Positions 41,637 to 55,582 of a stretch of DNA of 64,000 bases are shown one piece after another (positions within the stretch are counted from its first letter, which is position 1; every line of letters begins with the position of its first letter). The position numbers and the translations under genes are program-made. The notes below the pieces were generated by a model that was given only the letters and a program-made list of their open reading frames with translations, searched no databases and was not told the DNA's origin. Source of the stretch: Piromyces finnis finn (lineage: Eukaryota > Fungi > Neocallimastigomycota); contig MCFH01000078.1 in assembly GCA_002104945.1 (NCBI GenBank), positions 1 to 64,000 on the forward strand, written 5' to 3'.

Positions 41637-44600
41637 TTTCAAGTTTTTTTAAAATGTTTTATAAATAATTATTTAGTTTTTTTTGTCTTTTTTATATTTT
41701 ATTCGGGAAGAAATTGTAATTTTTTTTTTTGAGTAAACCAGCTCAAATAATACGTATATTTTTTATTTTGTTTTAATAAAATCAATATCTGTCTTTAAAA
41801 AAATTTCCTCAAGAAATCTTTTATTATACAAAATGATAAAAAAAAACTTTATACAATATTATTTATATCCTTTTGTTTTAAAAAAAAAATAAGAAAATTA
41901 AAAAAAAAAAAAAAAAAGGAGAAAAATTTTTGCGTATTTATATTAAAACAAAAAAAAATTAAAAATTAAAAAAACTTTTAATAATAAAATTTTTAATAAA
42001 AAATTTTATAATCTAAAAAAAAATTGTACAATTGAAAATTTAAATTTTTTTTTTTCTTTAACCCATTAATAATTCCATTAATTATATGCTTGAAAAAAAA
42101 GTTCATGTCATTATCCTACAACTAGCATTAGTATTAAGATTTTTGGTATTCCTGGTATCACTTTATAAAACTAGAATTTATATTTTAACCTTTTTCTATT
42201 TTACCTTTTTATTTTTAGAATTTTTATTTTTTTAATATTCTTCATTTTAGTATAAATAAAATTTATGCGTTATTTTTATTAAAGTTCTTTAATAATATTA
42301 ATATATGAATAATATATTTATGAATATATTCAATCTATAAAAAGTTTTTCAATTTATAAATTAATTTTCCCTGAATTAATTCATCATCAATTTATCTATA
42401 TAATAGAGTGTAATAATAATATGTGATAAATATATTAATATATTCTATAATATTAAAAAGGATGATCATTTCAAAACTTCAATAATACTAATTTATCATG
42501 AATAGAAAAAATGACGAAATTATTTCCATGATTAAAAATTTAAATATAAAAGAATTTAAGCAGAGAATGTTGGTAAAGAAAAAAAAGGCATGGTGAATAA
42601 TTGTGGTAACATTAAAAACAATTATTTTAACAAGCAATAAATAACAATGGTAAAAAGAAAAAGTGGTTGATTTTAAAATAATTACTAAAAAGAATTCGTA
42701 AGTTTTACCAGAAGTGGTATAAGAGTAGCACTTTTTTCAATAATGGCAACCAAATAAATAAACCGTTAATTAACATTTTAAGCCAAAAAAGTAAATAATG
42801 TAATTATTATTCTTTAACCAGAAATTATTGGTAGAGTTTTTAGAGTGTAGTGGTTAAATTCCACCATAGGAATAATTATTAATGGAAGTTTTAAATTTTA
42901 TTAATAAATAAAGTTACATTTCCATATAAATCATCAATTCAAAGGTATTGATTCACACGTTTATATTATTCTATATTAATTTAATTATATACAAAAAAGT
43001 GTCAATAGTTAATATATTAAATGTATCAAAAATATATTTGTATTTAAATATTATATATGGAATGAATATATTTATAGTATTACTCATCCATGATGAAACT
43101 TTAATTTTATTATTCATTAAAGTTTAGTCATAAAAATTATTTTTAATAGGACACCAAAGTTTAATAAATAAAAAGTTTAAAAATATTACCTGTTTTACAT
43201 AATGTATATAATATATACATTATGTAGAGATAATGTAAAAGAAGACAAAACTAAAAATAACAATAGTACAAAGAAAAAATGGCATACACACAACTCCTCC
43301 TCCTCCTCCTGCATAAAAGTTGATTATGTTATGAAACAAAATAACAATTCTAAAGCATAAAGCATTGAAAAACCATTAGCATTAATAAAAAATATAACAT
43401 GATAAAAAAAAACATTAAAACTTTTTTTTTTATTTGAAATAGAAGAAAGGAATAAAATTTATGCTATTGAACTTTATCTTATACTAAATTTTCATAGTAT
43501 ATATAATTAATATCCGTAAGGAAAATTACCTACAAATAGTCATTGAGGTAGCTAAACTTTATTATATAATTAATGAAGTTTTAATGTTTTTTTTTAAATA
43601 GTTACTATTTAAAAAAAAAACATAAATTCATTATATGAAATCACTGTATAAAAAAAAGAAAACGTTATATGAGATTGAAATACAACTAAAAAATATTTTA
43701 TTGTCTTTGAAGATATAAACTCGTTGATATTTACAAAAAATAAGAAAATATATTTCTCTGTATTGTTTTAATTTTACTTTATATAGATAAAAACACCTTT
43801 TTTTTTTTATTTCCATACTATAGTTTAAATATTTTTTTTTAAGAGTTATGTTCACGATGGAAATAAAGTTGGTTTAATTTTATTAAAGACTTAATACTAT
43901 TGTTTATTATAGACTAATTATAATTATATATTAACAACCATTTTATATACTATAAGTGATTGATTTAATGAAATATTAAAGTAGGTATAATACATTTAGA
44001 TATATATATTTTGATATAATATTTTTACATAGTTTAATTATTAATTACTTTTTTAGATATTCATTTTATTATCCTATTTTTATATAAATATATATATGTA
44101 TTTCTTTTAGTTTAATTGTATTAGAAGAGAGATGAAGAAGTAACAAGACGTTGCATTAACAAATTCTAACCTATATTTTTAATTACATTATTACATTAAT
44201 AATGTGTACATTGTCAACTTTATAAAATCATTATTATATACATTCATGTATTAATTTAATGTACATAATATTATAATTCATTTATTCCTTAGTATTATTA
44301 TTAATATATAATAATAATATTATTAAAATGTCAACCTTTGTATTAAAAAAGTTTTTTTTTTATTTTTAGAATAGAAATAATAATAATAATAAAATATATA
44401 TATAAAAAAAAAAAGTGATAATAAATAATATAAATAATAATAATAAAAAAAAGATATTTATACATACATATATATGATTTCTTTATAGTGAGAAAATAAA
44501 ACCAATATCAATAATAAAATATATCAACATATCATATTCTCATATATTTACTTATTATTTAATAAATAAAAGATTTTTATTCTCTTAACATTAGAGATTT

Positions 44601-45041
44601 CAATACATTTGAAGAATAACAGTTCTAGTAATAATCTAGTAGTATTATTTTATTAACAATACAATAATAATTAAAACAATATTAACATATAATAGAATAA
44701 AAGTGAGTATATATATATTAAATATAAATGATTTTTTTTATATAAAAAAAAATAATATTTTAATTTTAAAATTCATTTTAATTGATAAATCAAATATCAC
44801 CAATTTTTATATCGAAACTATAAAATCTAATCTTATACTTTCTTTAACAAAAAGTAGGTATTTCATTTTTAAATTTATATTTTTAATAGTACTTGTAGAA
44901 TATAGTATCTTATAGAATTAAAAATTTATTAATAAAATCTTTTTAATAATACTAATTTTATCATCAATTTATTTTGACAACCACCACCACCGCATTGATT
45001 AAAAGCAATAAAAGAAAATATTAATAGAACAAATATAGAAA

Positions 45042-45554
45042 ATGAGATTTAATGTACTCTCCTGTTTATTTTTTATAATCATATCATGTATAAATATAAT
45101 ATGTATCAGTGGTCTTTCTTTAGACGATAAAAGAAATATTGAAGCTGTAATTAAGGTTTATTTCAACGATGCAAGTGAATCTTGTAAAGATGAATATAGA
45201 CATATCCAAAAATTAATGCTTGAAAAAGATGAAAAAGCAATTCAAAATTTCTTGAGTACATATAGAGCTACGACTTGTGAAGTTAATACTGTTGCATTTA
45301 GTGAAATAAGCAAAGAATTATACAATTTTTATCGTAATTACCCAAGAGATAGAGATGGAAATAAATGTAATGAAAAGGAAGTTCAATATCGATTTGATCA
45401 ACTTGGTATATGTAGAGATGAATGCTATACTAAAATAGCAAACTTTTTATATATCTATAGATATCATTTTAGAGGTTCTCGCTTACACAGAAATCAAATG
45501 CAATTAATGGAAACTTGTGGTGATTATACAAAATTAGTAAATAGCGTTAAATAA
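45042..45554 (+). CDS. Orphan small secreted Cys-rich protein, 170 aa, intronless
   Basis: ATG-to-stop ORF of 513 nt in about 80% AT surroundings; hydrophobic N-terminal signal; six Cys in the mature part; no family recognised. Confidence 0.75.
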   Translation: MRFNVLSCLFFIIISCINIICISGLSLDDKRNIEAVIKVYFNDASESCKDEYRHIQKLMLEKDEKAIQNFLSTYRATTCEVNTVAFSEISKELYNFYRNYPRDRDGNKCNEKEVQYRFDQLGICRDECYTKIANFLYIYRYHFRGSRLHRNQMQLMETCGDYTKLVNSVK

Positions 45555-45629
45555 TAAATATGTTGTTTACTAAGTAAAGTTGTCTATTTCATTTTGTATA
45601 AATTAAATAGCCTTTTTTTATTTAATATT

Positions 45630-45702
45630 AGTATAATTTATCGTCATATAAATTAATGAAAAAGAAGTATAATTTATCGTCACATAAATTAATGAAAAAG
45701 AA
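45630..45702. repeat. 36-bp direct repeat x2 downstream of the orphan gene
   Basis: agtataatttatcgtca[t/c]ataaattaatgaaaaaga occurs twice. Confidence 0.85.
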
Positions 45703-46758
45703 ACATTAGAAATTAAAAAAAAAAAAAAACAAAAAATGAAAAATGAAAAATGAAAAATTAAAAGAATTTTGTTCTTTATATTAAATAAATTAAAAAAAAA
45801 TAAGATAAATAAAATATACATACATATATATAAACATATTTTATATTCAATATTATATTTGATATACGTTCCATACGCCTTATTCCATATTTCGTTTTAA
45901 TTGTTTTCATTTTAGTGTTTCGTATAACTTTTCAACTTTTCATTGATTTTGTGTAACAACAATCCTTTTATTTTATTGTACCTTTATTGTTATAATGAAA
46001 TACCAAGTATTTTATATTTAATATGTATGAAGATATTAAAAAATAGATAAATAAAATAATAGAAAATATATGCAGTATTATTAGTTTTGTAATTATATTA
46101 CCATTATAAAAAAAAAAAAAAGGATTAATAGAAAAATGAATTATTAAATTTGAATTTAGTTTACAGGAAACTTTAGATAATTACTTATTATCAAATTAAA
46201 CCAAATAACTACAAATTCATAGAAAGTTTTTCAATCTATTAATTTTCATTTTGATATTATAAAAGTTAATTTAGCGTATTTTACTTCTTAATTTTCACAA
46301 CAAATGAAAGCCAGGTTTAAAAAAATGTAGGGGAAATTAATATATACAAAAAAGGTTACTGATAAAAGTTTTTTTTTTTTTTTTTATTAATTAATTATTT
46401 ATATTATGGTGAAACGTGATTATTATATATACATGTAATGTAGTATTGTAATATATAAAAGATGGAATCTATAATAACATATTCCGTTTCATATTTTATA
46501 TTGTTAGGAATGCATCTCCAGATATATTACTATTTTAATATATTGATATATAAATTTTATTAAATGTAAAGTTTAATCAAGCTATCATCTTCAACATTTT
46601 TTTTTAAAAAAAGTAACCTATTTATTTGACATATTTAATAATCAAAAAGTAGTTTAATATAAATTAATTAAATTTTTAATAAAACTTTTATAAAGTTTAT
46701 TTATATTAAAAGTTAAATGAAGAACTTGTATAAATAGTATAACAATTTTCATCTATTT

Positions 46759-46792
<34 letters not shown>

Positions 46793-48696
46793 TAAAATAA
46801 AGCAATTAAAAGAAATTAAAACAACCAAATAAAATAAAGAATAAATAAATAAAAAATATTATTATATTAAAATAATTTAATTAATAATATTTATATAAAA
46901 AAATAAAACAAAAGCAAAATAAAACAAACAAACAAACAAACAAAAAAAAAAGAAAATAAATAAAATATAAAATAAATAAAATATAAAAAAAGTCTTCATT
47001 ATACAATCAAAATAAAAAAAAACTAAACAAATAAAAATATAAATATATAAAATAATAAAAACTTATTTAAACAAAACTTAGAATTTAACTTATTATTGGT
47101 AAGTTTTTATAACAACAAAAGTTTAAATTAATTTATTTATGGATAGTAATAAAAAACACGGATGTTTCTAGTAGAAAACAATAAATAAAATAGTGAGAAC
47201 ATTTTTAAAAATTCATCTGCTAAATAGGATGAAATAATGAAAAAAAGTGTATTAGAGATGATTCATCATCATTTTTAATTTTAAAAGTTTAAAATCTTTA
47301 GATTAAAATTAAAGTTTAATTAATGGGATTTAATAAAATTAATTTAAAAAAAAAATAATACAGAAAATAAATAATAAATTAAAATGTATACATTATTGTA
47401 CACAATTCTATAAATGGAAATAATTATAAAATCCATGGCATTTTATTATGTAAATGTTTCAACATGTGTTGCAACATCTATCATTATAATAAAGAGGAAA
47501 GATTATCATGGGTAACTACAAAATAATAGAAAGAATATTAGAATATTAGAATAGTAATAAAAAAAAACAGCAATCCTTTTAAATAACAAATAATAATACT
47601 ATTAACCAAAATAAAAAAAAAATACTTTTTATTATTAAAATTTAAAAGTTCATCCAACAATTTTCATATAAGGAAATTAATAAGCATCCCATTTTTTTTA
47701 TTAATATCAAACTAAATAAAAAAAAATAGTAAAAAGAGAAATAAATATAGAAAAAAACTACTTATAATCTAACGCTCTATTCATAGTTTTATAATGGATT
47801 ATTAAAAAAAGTAAAATTAATAGACTAAGGATAGCAAAAAAAAAGTTTTAGAAAATTATTATAAAAAAAAGATAATTTTTTTTAAAAGGATAATCCTCAA
47901 AAAGGGTTATAAAAAATTAAAGAAATATTTCAAAAAAATAATAACATAAAGTAAAATTGTAAAAAATATTTATTCAAATGAATAAAATTTACTATTATTT
48001 ATGGATGTAGTAGTGTTAGAATACATACCAATGCCATTTATCGTATTACTATTTTTTTTTAAATCCCATTATTAATTTTCTTGACAAAATAACTATCAAC
48101 ACCACTACCACTACCATCACCACCACCATTCACCACTGTTTTTATTATGGATAGGAAAAAAGAGGAAACATCGATTTTTTTAATAAACTTATTTGATGCT
48201 AAAGATTAATTAATTAATATATGATACAATTGAATTTTTAGTATATTAGAATAGGTTACATAAACCTTATTTAATCATTTAATAATAAAATATATTTTGA
48301 GTATATATTAGAATATACTATTTACATATTATATTGTAAAGATAGTTTGTCAATAATTTTAATGTTTAAAAAATAAACTCATTAAAGTTTTTAACTAATA
48401 TATGTACATGTATATTATAATATATGATCAATATATTACAATCAAATACAATATATTATATTTTTTGTTCAATTATTCCTATAATAACTTTTAAAATTTT
48501 TTTATATTTAATTATAGGGAATATCTAAAAGATGATTGGTACAGAAGAAAGAATTGATAATATAAATAAAAAACACTCACGTAGATTTAACCTTACACGC
48601 ATTTTTAAAAGAATTAGAAGAAACAAAAAATCTAATTTTGTTAAATCTAATAATAAAAATACAAATCAATTAATTGTTAATAATACTGAATTAAAT

Positions 48697-50229
48697 ATGG
48701 CTAACACTCCATCTGGTAAGAGAGCTCTTATAACCATTTTAGATGGTTGGGGTATTGGTGAAAAAGGTAAGGGTGATGCTATTTACAACACCACCACTCC
48801 ATACTATGACAATCTTTTAAAGAACTACCCAAACAGTTACTTAGTTGCCTCTGGTGAAAAGGTTGGTCTTCCAGCCGGTCAAATGGGTAACTCTGAAGTT
48901 GGTCACACCAACATTGGTGCCGGTAGAGTTGTTTACCAAGATTTAGTTAAGATTAACATTGCTTGTCGTGAAGGTACTATTAAGGACAACAAGGCTTTCG
49001 CTGAATGTTTAGATTACGCTAAGAACTCTGGTAAGAAACTTCACTTTATGGGTTTAGTTTCTGATGGTGGTATTCACAGTCACCAAGATCATTTATTCAA
49101 GATGTTACAAGTTTGTAACGAAAAGGGTCTTGAAAAGGTTATTGTTCACGCCTTCACTGATGGTAGAGATTGTGACCCAAAGAGTGGTAAGGGATTCATT
49201 AAGACTTTAGTTGATGTTTGTAACGAAAACAACGCTAAGGTTGCTTCCGTTGTCGGTCGTTACTACGCTATGGACCGTGATAACCGTTGGGAACGTGTCG
49301 GTCAAGCTTACAACCTTATTGTTAAGGGTGAAGGTAAGCAAGTCACTGATTTAGTTGAAGCTGTTCAACAATCTTACGATGAAGATGTTACCGATGAATT
49401 CATTAAGCCAATTCACAACGCTAATGTTGAAGGTAACCTCGAAGAAGGTGATGCTGTTATTTTCTTCAACTTCCGTAACGATCGTGCTAAGGAACTTACT
49501 ATTTGCTTCACTCAAAGAGACATTCCAGAACAAAACTTAAAGGTTATTCCAAATCTTCACTACTGCACTATGACCCCATACGATCCAACTTTCAAGGGTC
49601 TTCACATCTTATACGACAAAGAAAACGTTGACAACACTATGGGTGAATACGTTTCTAAGCTCGGTTACAAGCAATTACGTATTGCTGAAACTGAAAAGTT
49701 CCCACACGTTACTTTCTTCTACTCTGGTGGTCGTACTGAACCATTCCCAAATGAAGACCGTATTTTAATTCCATCTCCAAAGGTCGCTACTTACGATTTA
49801 AAGCCAGAAATGAGTATTTACGAAATTACTGAAAAGTTAGAAGAAGCTATTAAGAAGGAAGAATACGCTTTAATTGTCTTAAACTACGCCAATGGTGATA
49901 TGGTTGGTCACACTGGTGTTTACGATGCCATTGAAAAGGCTGTTAAGTACGTCGATGACTGTTTAAGCAAGATGATTGAAACTGCTAAGGAACACGATTA
50001 CGAAGTTATTATCATTGCTGATCACGGTAACTGTGATAACGCTATTAACCCAGATGACACTCCAAACACTCAACACTCTACCAATGTTGTTCCATTCTTC
50101 TACATTACCGACAGAAAGGATGTTAAGATTCAACCAGGTCAATTATCTGATGTTGCTCCAACTGTCTGTAAGATTTTAGGTCTCGATGTTCCAAAGGAAA
50201 TGACCGGAAAGCAACTTATTGATTTCTAA
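48697..50229 (+). CDS. gpmI: 2,3-bisphosphoglycerate-independent phosphoglycerate mutase, 510 aa, intronless, Bacteroidota-like; in-frame ORF extends upstream to 48532
   Basis: [16 protein letters not shown] (catalytic Ser), [53 protein letters not shown]. Highly biased codon usage begins at the ATG at 48697. Confidence 0.97.
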   Translation: MANTPSGKRALITILDGWGIGEKGKGDAIYNTTTPYYDNLLKNYPNSYLVASGEKVGLPAGQMGNSEVGHTNIGAGRVVYQDLVKINIACREGTIKDNKAFAECLDYAKNSGKKLHFMGLVSDGGIHSHQDHLFKMLQVCNEKGLEKVIVHAFTDGRDCDPKSGKGFIKTLVDVCNENNAKVASVVGRYYAMDRDNRWERVGQAYNLIVKGEGKQVTDLVEAVQQSYDEDVTDEFIKPIHNANVEGNLEEGDAVIFFNFRNDRAKELTICFTQRDIPEQNLKVIPNLHYCTMTPYDPTFKGLHILYDKENVDNTMGEYVSKLGYKQLRIAETEKFPHVTFFYSGGRTEPFPNEDRILIPSPKVATYDLKPEMSIYEITEKLEEAIKKEEYALIVLNYANGDMVGHTGVYDAIEKAVKYVDDCLSKMIETAKEHDYEVIIIADHGNCDNAINPDDTPNTQHSTNVVPFFYITDRKDVKIQPGQLSDVAPTVCKILGLDVPKEMTGKQLIDF

Positions 50230-52529
50230 ATGAATTAACATTGTATATTGTAACATTTACATTTTATTATTCCCACCATAATAATAATCAGTAACACATT
50301 ATTTATTTATTCTTTTCATTAATAATAACTATCTTTCAAAATAAGAAAAATAAAAAAAAGAATAATCATTTAAAAAATTAGCCTATACCATCAAAAAATA
50401 AAATTGGCTATTTTTTCATTATTTTTTTTTATACATACAATAGATAAAATAACACACCTAATACTATAAAAAATTAAAAGAATCGTTTAGTGAAAAATTT
50501 AAAAAATAATAATAATATGTTATAAAAAGTACAAACAAATAATTAAATAATTAATTAGGCTTGTGAAATAATTAATTCAAATCATTTAAAAAAAAAAACA
50601 AATACACAAAAATAAAATTTAAAAAATAAACATTATAATTAACACATTGTGTCTTTTAAGTAGAGTGTCCAAAAAAGGTAAAATACAGAATTTTAAAATT
50701 AAACAGAATTCTCTCTCTCTTTTTTTTAAAAGCTGTAAACTTTCTATATTAAAAAAGCGGTAAACTTTTTTATAGTTGCCGTTTATTTAAAAAAAAAGAT
50801 GAATGTTTATAAAATTTTATTGGTTGAAAGTGTGAAAAGTCTAACCATATCATTGTTACTTTTAACAGACACATACACGCTCTCTAAAGCCATTTTTATT
50901 TTTTATCTTTTAAAAAAAGTAACACAAATTAAATTGTGTAACGTATTGTTAGTAATGATTTTAAAGTTATGGAGGTTGTTGTTTGGAAGGATGAAAAGAT
51001 CAATTGATAGGTAAAATGGAACCTTTTAAAGTAGGGAAAGACTGTGTTTTTTTATTTTCTATAATTTATGGTTGAATAATAAGACACCACCATTCCTTCA
51101 AATTTGATCACACTTAAAGTCATGTGATTATAAGTATTGATAACATTAAACTATGCTTTTAAAGATTTGATAAATAATTTATATATAATAAATACAATTT
51201 ATTCTATCTCAATATATTTTGATATATATTAATATGGAAGTGGCTTTTTATTCTCCAATCAAAATCTAGATGATGCAATTATTTTATAAAAATAATCTCT
51301 TTTTTTAAATAATACTACAAAAATGATGGTTTGGTATAACAAATAAAATTCTGGAAATTAAATTGATATATTTATTATTTTATTTATAGTATTATATTTT
51401 AATATATTATGATAATATATTAAATGTAACTATTTTTATTGTCGTTCCAAACCCATTTTTTATGGTGAGTTTTTAGGAGAAGGAAAAGAATAGACTAGCC
51501 ATAGCCATGCTTCTATGAATTTTTTTTTTTTTTTCATGGTTTATCTTTTGTATACATTTTGTAATACATTCATTATCAATAGTTTTACGTTTATCAAGGA
51601 ATCTCATAATAATTTTTATTAATAATAATTATTCTATATATTTTATCTCTACTACGATGATGCTGATTAATAATTAATAGTAATTTTATTATTATTATTA
51701 TCAAATTTTTTATAATAATTCCCTCATCAAAAAAAAAAAAAAAAAAATAATTATTATATATTATATATATAGAAATTATTCAAAATTTTTTATTATTATT
51801 TGTTCATTCGGTTGTTTTATTATATTAAAAATTAAAATAAAAGGAAGAATAATAAATTAATTATATATTACAAATAAATTTTGGTATAATAAAAAATTTT
51901 TGTTTTTTTTTAAATAAAATAAAATCAAAAAAAAAAAAAAAAAGTAAAAAAAAAAATAAAATAAAAAGGGAATATAAAGAAAGAAAATAAAAATAAAATT
52001 AAAAAAAAATTAATTATTATTTATTTTAGGTAATGAATATAAAGATTTATTTTAAAATAGTTAAAAGAAAAGATGAGAATATTTTATTAAATCAAATTTG
52101 GGAGATTAAAAAAAAAAGTATTGATGACAAAATATATATTAACCAAGAATCAAATAAAATTGTAGATATGTAAAATATTATAAAACGTTTTTTTTTTTTT
52201 TTTTAGGAAAAAGAGAAAGGAAAAGAAATTGTGTGATATATAAAAAATGATATATAAAAAACGAAAAACAATAAATATAATATTGAAGGATTTATGAAGA
52301 AAAGAAAACGAAAAGAAAAAAAAAACTCATTTCAAAATAATCAATCTATTTTACGAATCTTACCATTGTTTTTTTTTTATCTTTAAAGATTTAAATTAGA
52401 AAAAGCAATAAATACAATCTCAATTACTTTTTTATTTAACAAAAAAAAAAAAGCTTTTTTATATATATATAAAAGAAAAAAAAACCATTATTAATATTTT
52501 ATTATTTTATTTTATCAAAAGATTTCAAA

Positions 52530-53739
52530 ATGGTTAGACTTTCAGTTAAAGCTTTATGTTTAAGTGCTGTTGCCTTAGTTTCTGCTAAGTCACCTTTACT
52601 TGCTTGGACTAACAAGAAGTATATATTATATTACAAATAAAATTTTTTATTATTTCAATAATAATATTATAATAGGTTGAAAAATGAATTGATGATTGTG
52701 TAATCGTTATATAGTGTAAATGCTAAAAAATAATGAATTAATAATTTTATATTAAAAAAATTAATCTAGTGTCGCTGACGTCGCTTCTGCTAACTACGCC
52801 AACGCTGAAGATGCTGCTAATTTATTAGCTCCATTCTTAGAATCTTGCCCAAAATCTGTTTTAATTTTTGATCAACCAGAGGTAAATTTCAATGTATTCA
52901 GTATAAAAAACGATATAAATAAAAGTAACTATCGGGGAATATCAAACTAATTTGTAAATTATTAAAAAATAATATTTAAAAATGATTGCCAATAAAAAAA
53001 ATAGTTCAACATTGGTGAATTAAATGAAATGAGAGCTGTCAAGAGTGCTTTTGAAGCCGCTAAGTCTTCTATTCAAGTTGGTCACTTTGATACCGAAAAT
53101 GTTAACAATGTCGATACTATTGTTAACACTATCGCTGAAAAGTGCTCCAACACTATTGCTACTGAAGGTATGTATTGTTTAAATTTTTTTTTGAAACTGT
53201 TAAATTTTATTAATGGAAATGAATATTAAAAAAATAAAATAGACAAGGTTGGTGAATCTGATTCTATTGTTATCAAGAAGTTATCCGACTACCTTTCCGA
53301 ATCTCAAAGAATTGTTAAGGATTTATTAGACAAGGTTAACGACGATACTCTTGTTGTTTTCGTTTCTAACAACAACGTTAACACTCAAAAATTAGTAAGT
53401 AGTTTCGAACAAACAACTATAAAGAATAAAAAAAGTAGTGTGATAATAGTGAATAATTTTATTAAATCCAATTTTTTTTAATAATATTAGTTGGTTCAAC
53501 GTCAAGAACAACAAGCTAACAACCAAACTGTTCCAGAACAAAATGCTCAAGCCAACAACCAAACTGTTGTTGCTGTTAAGGAAGATCACATTTTCGGTAA
53601 ATACGTTTTATTCAACAAGGCTATCTTCGAAGGTATAGTTGGTATGGCTCCAATTATCTTAATTGCTTTAATTGGTGTTTCCTGGTTAATTTCTGTTCAA
53701 ACTCCAACCAGATTCATCGCTAAGAAGAAGGAAAATTAA
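52530..53739 (+). CDS. Voa1/Ac45/Big1-like type I ER membrane protein (V-ATPase assembly/accessory factor); exons 52530-52618, 52770-52881, 53005-53167, 53243-53394, 53491-53739
   Basis: Signal peptide then SPLLAWTN; lumenal C-P-K-S-V-L-I-F-D-Q-P; C-terminal YVLFNKAIFEG-TM-SVQTPTRF resembling the Ac45/VOA1 TM region; terminal KKEN dilysine motif. Confidence 0.7.
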
Positions 53740-55364
53740 TTTTTTTTTTTTTACTATTTTATAAAATTAAAGAACATAATTTAACAATAATATTAAATCA
53801 AACAATAAATAAATAAATAAATAATAATTAAGTAATAAACTTTTTTTTAAAAAAAAAAGAATAATTAAAAGAGAATAGCGATTATAATAAAAATTGTAAT
53901 AAAAAAAAAAGAAAAAAATATACAATACTATATATTTTCATTATAAATTATTTTTTATTATAATTATTTAGAAGGCAAATATAATTACTATTTAAATATC
54001 TTTTTTTTATTTTTTTTTTTTAATTTTTATTTATATATATATATATTGAAAAATAATAAAAAAAATATAAAAAAAAAAAAAGTAACGAAAGTAAACTAAT
54101 AATAATACATAAAACCCACTAATAATTATCATCATCATTATTAGTAATAATATAATAAAAAAAACTTATAGAATATTTAAAATAATTAAAAAAAAAAAAA
54201 TTTATACTTCATATATATATATATAAAATTGAGTGTTTTTTTTTTTTTTTTTTACCTAAAAAAGTATCTCGTTGTGTTGGGTTTTTCATTAAAGGAAGTG
54301 TTGTTGGGTTGGTTGGGTGGATGATAAGAAGGTATGGGATGGAAGAAAAGTAAGGGTCAATTTAAAAATATATATATATATTTTTTTGCTGTTCTTTGTT
54401 TTTAGCACAGAATATATAGGAATGTGAATTGGAGGGAGTAAGAATTTTTTTTTTTTTTTTAAAAAGTAATCATTCATTAAACATTACATATTATCAGAAA
54501 TGGTGCTTTACACCATAAAAGTCAGATATAAAAAAGGATTATAAAATTTTTTTTATATTTTTGTGTTGTCTTTTAAAAGTAGTAGCCATTATTAATATAT
54601 CTATTTATAAAGGTGAATTTTAATAAAAGAATAATACACACCCACACACCCACACACCCATCTCTACAGTCTCTTTTCTTTTCTTTATCAAAGACTAATT
54701 ATTTTGTGGAATATCTTTATTTTTTTAAAAATTTTTTAAACTTTCTTTTTTTTAAATGGATCATTTTTTGATTAAAAATTTTTTTATTAATTATTTTTAT
54801 ATTTTATTTCTTTCCTTTCTTTTTAAAAGAATTTTAAAATGAAATTATAAAAATTTAAATAATAAATCTTTAAAAAAAAAAAAAAACGAAAGAAATAAAA
54901 CAAAACAAACAAACAAAAAAAATATAAAAAAACAATAATAATAAAAAAAGGAAAAACAAAAGCATATATATTATTATATATTAATACCTTTTTAATATAT
55001 ATAGTATATAACAAATAACTTGAAATTAATATGAATTTATAAAAAATAAAAATAATTCTTTTATAAATTGTATAGTATATATAATATTATTATTACTTTA
55101 AATTTATTATTAATAAAAAATATCAAAGAAAACCCAATTAATTTAAAAAAGAATATATAAAATTGTTTAAACAACAAACCAAAAAGAGAATAAATGAAAT
55201 AAAATTAATTTGAAATTACCAAAAATAAAGTATATTTAAATATGTAAAAAAAAAAAAAAAAAAGAAAAAAGAAAAAAGGAAAAAAAGAAATATAAACTAT
55301 GACATACACAAATAATGATAATGATAAAGAAAAAAAATAGAGAACAAATTCAATAAACTAAAAT

Positions 55365-55397
<33 letters not shown>

Positions 55398-55542
55398 TAA
55401 AAAACAACTTTTTTTTTTTTTTGAAATTATAATAATTCTAATATAAAAGAGTCAATTTTTAATTATTATTATTATTATCATTAAATTTAAAGTAGTAAAT
55501 ACTCATTTTCCCCCTTTAAATTGAAAAAAAAAGAATATTTTA

Positions 55543-55582
<40 letters not shown>

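Noticed and set aside
42500-43000. Slightly GC-richer stretch that might be a decayed gene
   Set aside because: No frame stays open and no motif was recognised; would need tblastx.
48532-50229. Bacterial contaminant explanation for gpmI
   Set aside because: Flanks are host-like AT-rich DNA with no operon context, and codon usage matches highly expressed host genes.
54637-54662. (CACACCCA)x3 resembling budding-yeast telomeric repeats
   Set aside because: Only three units, internal; most likely an ordinary microsatellite.
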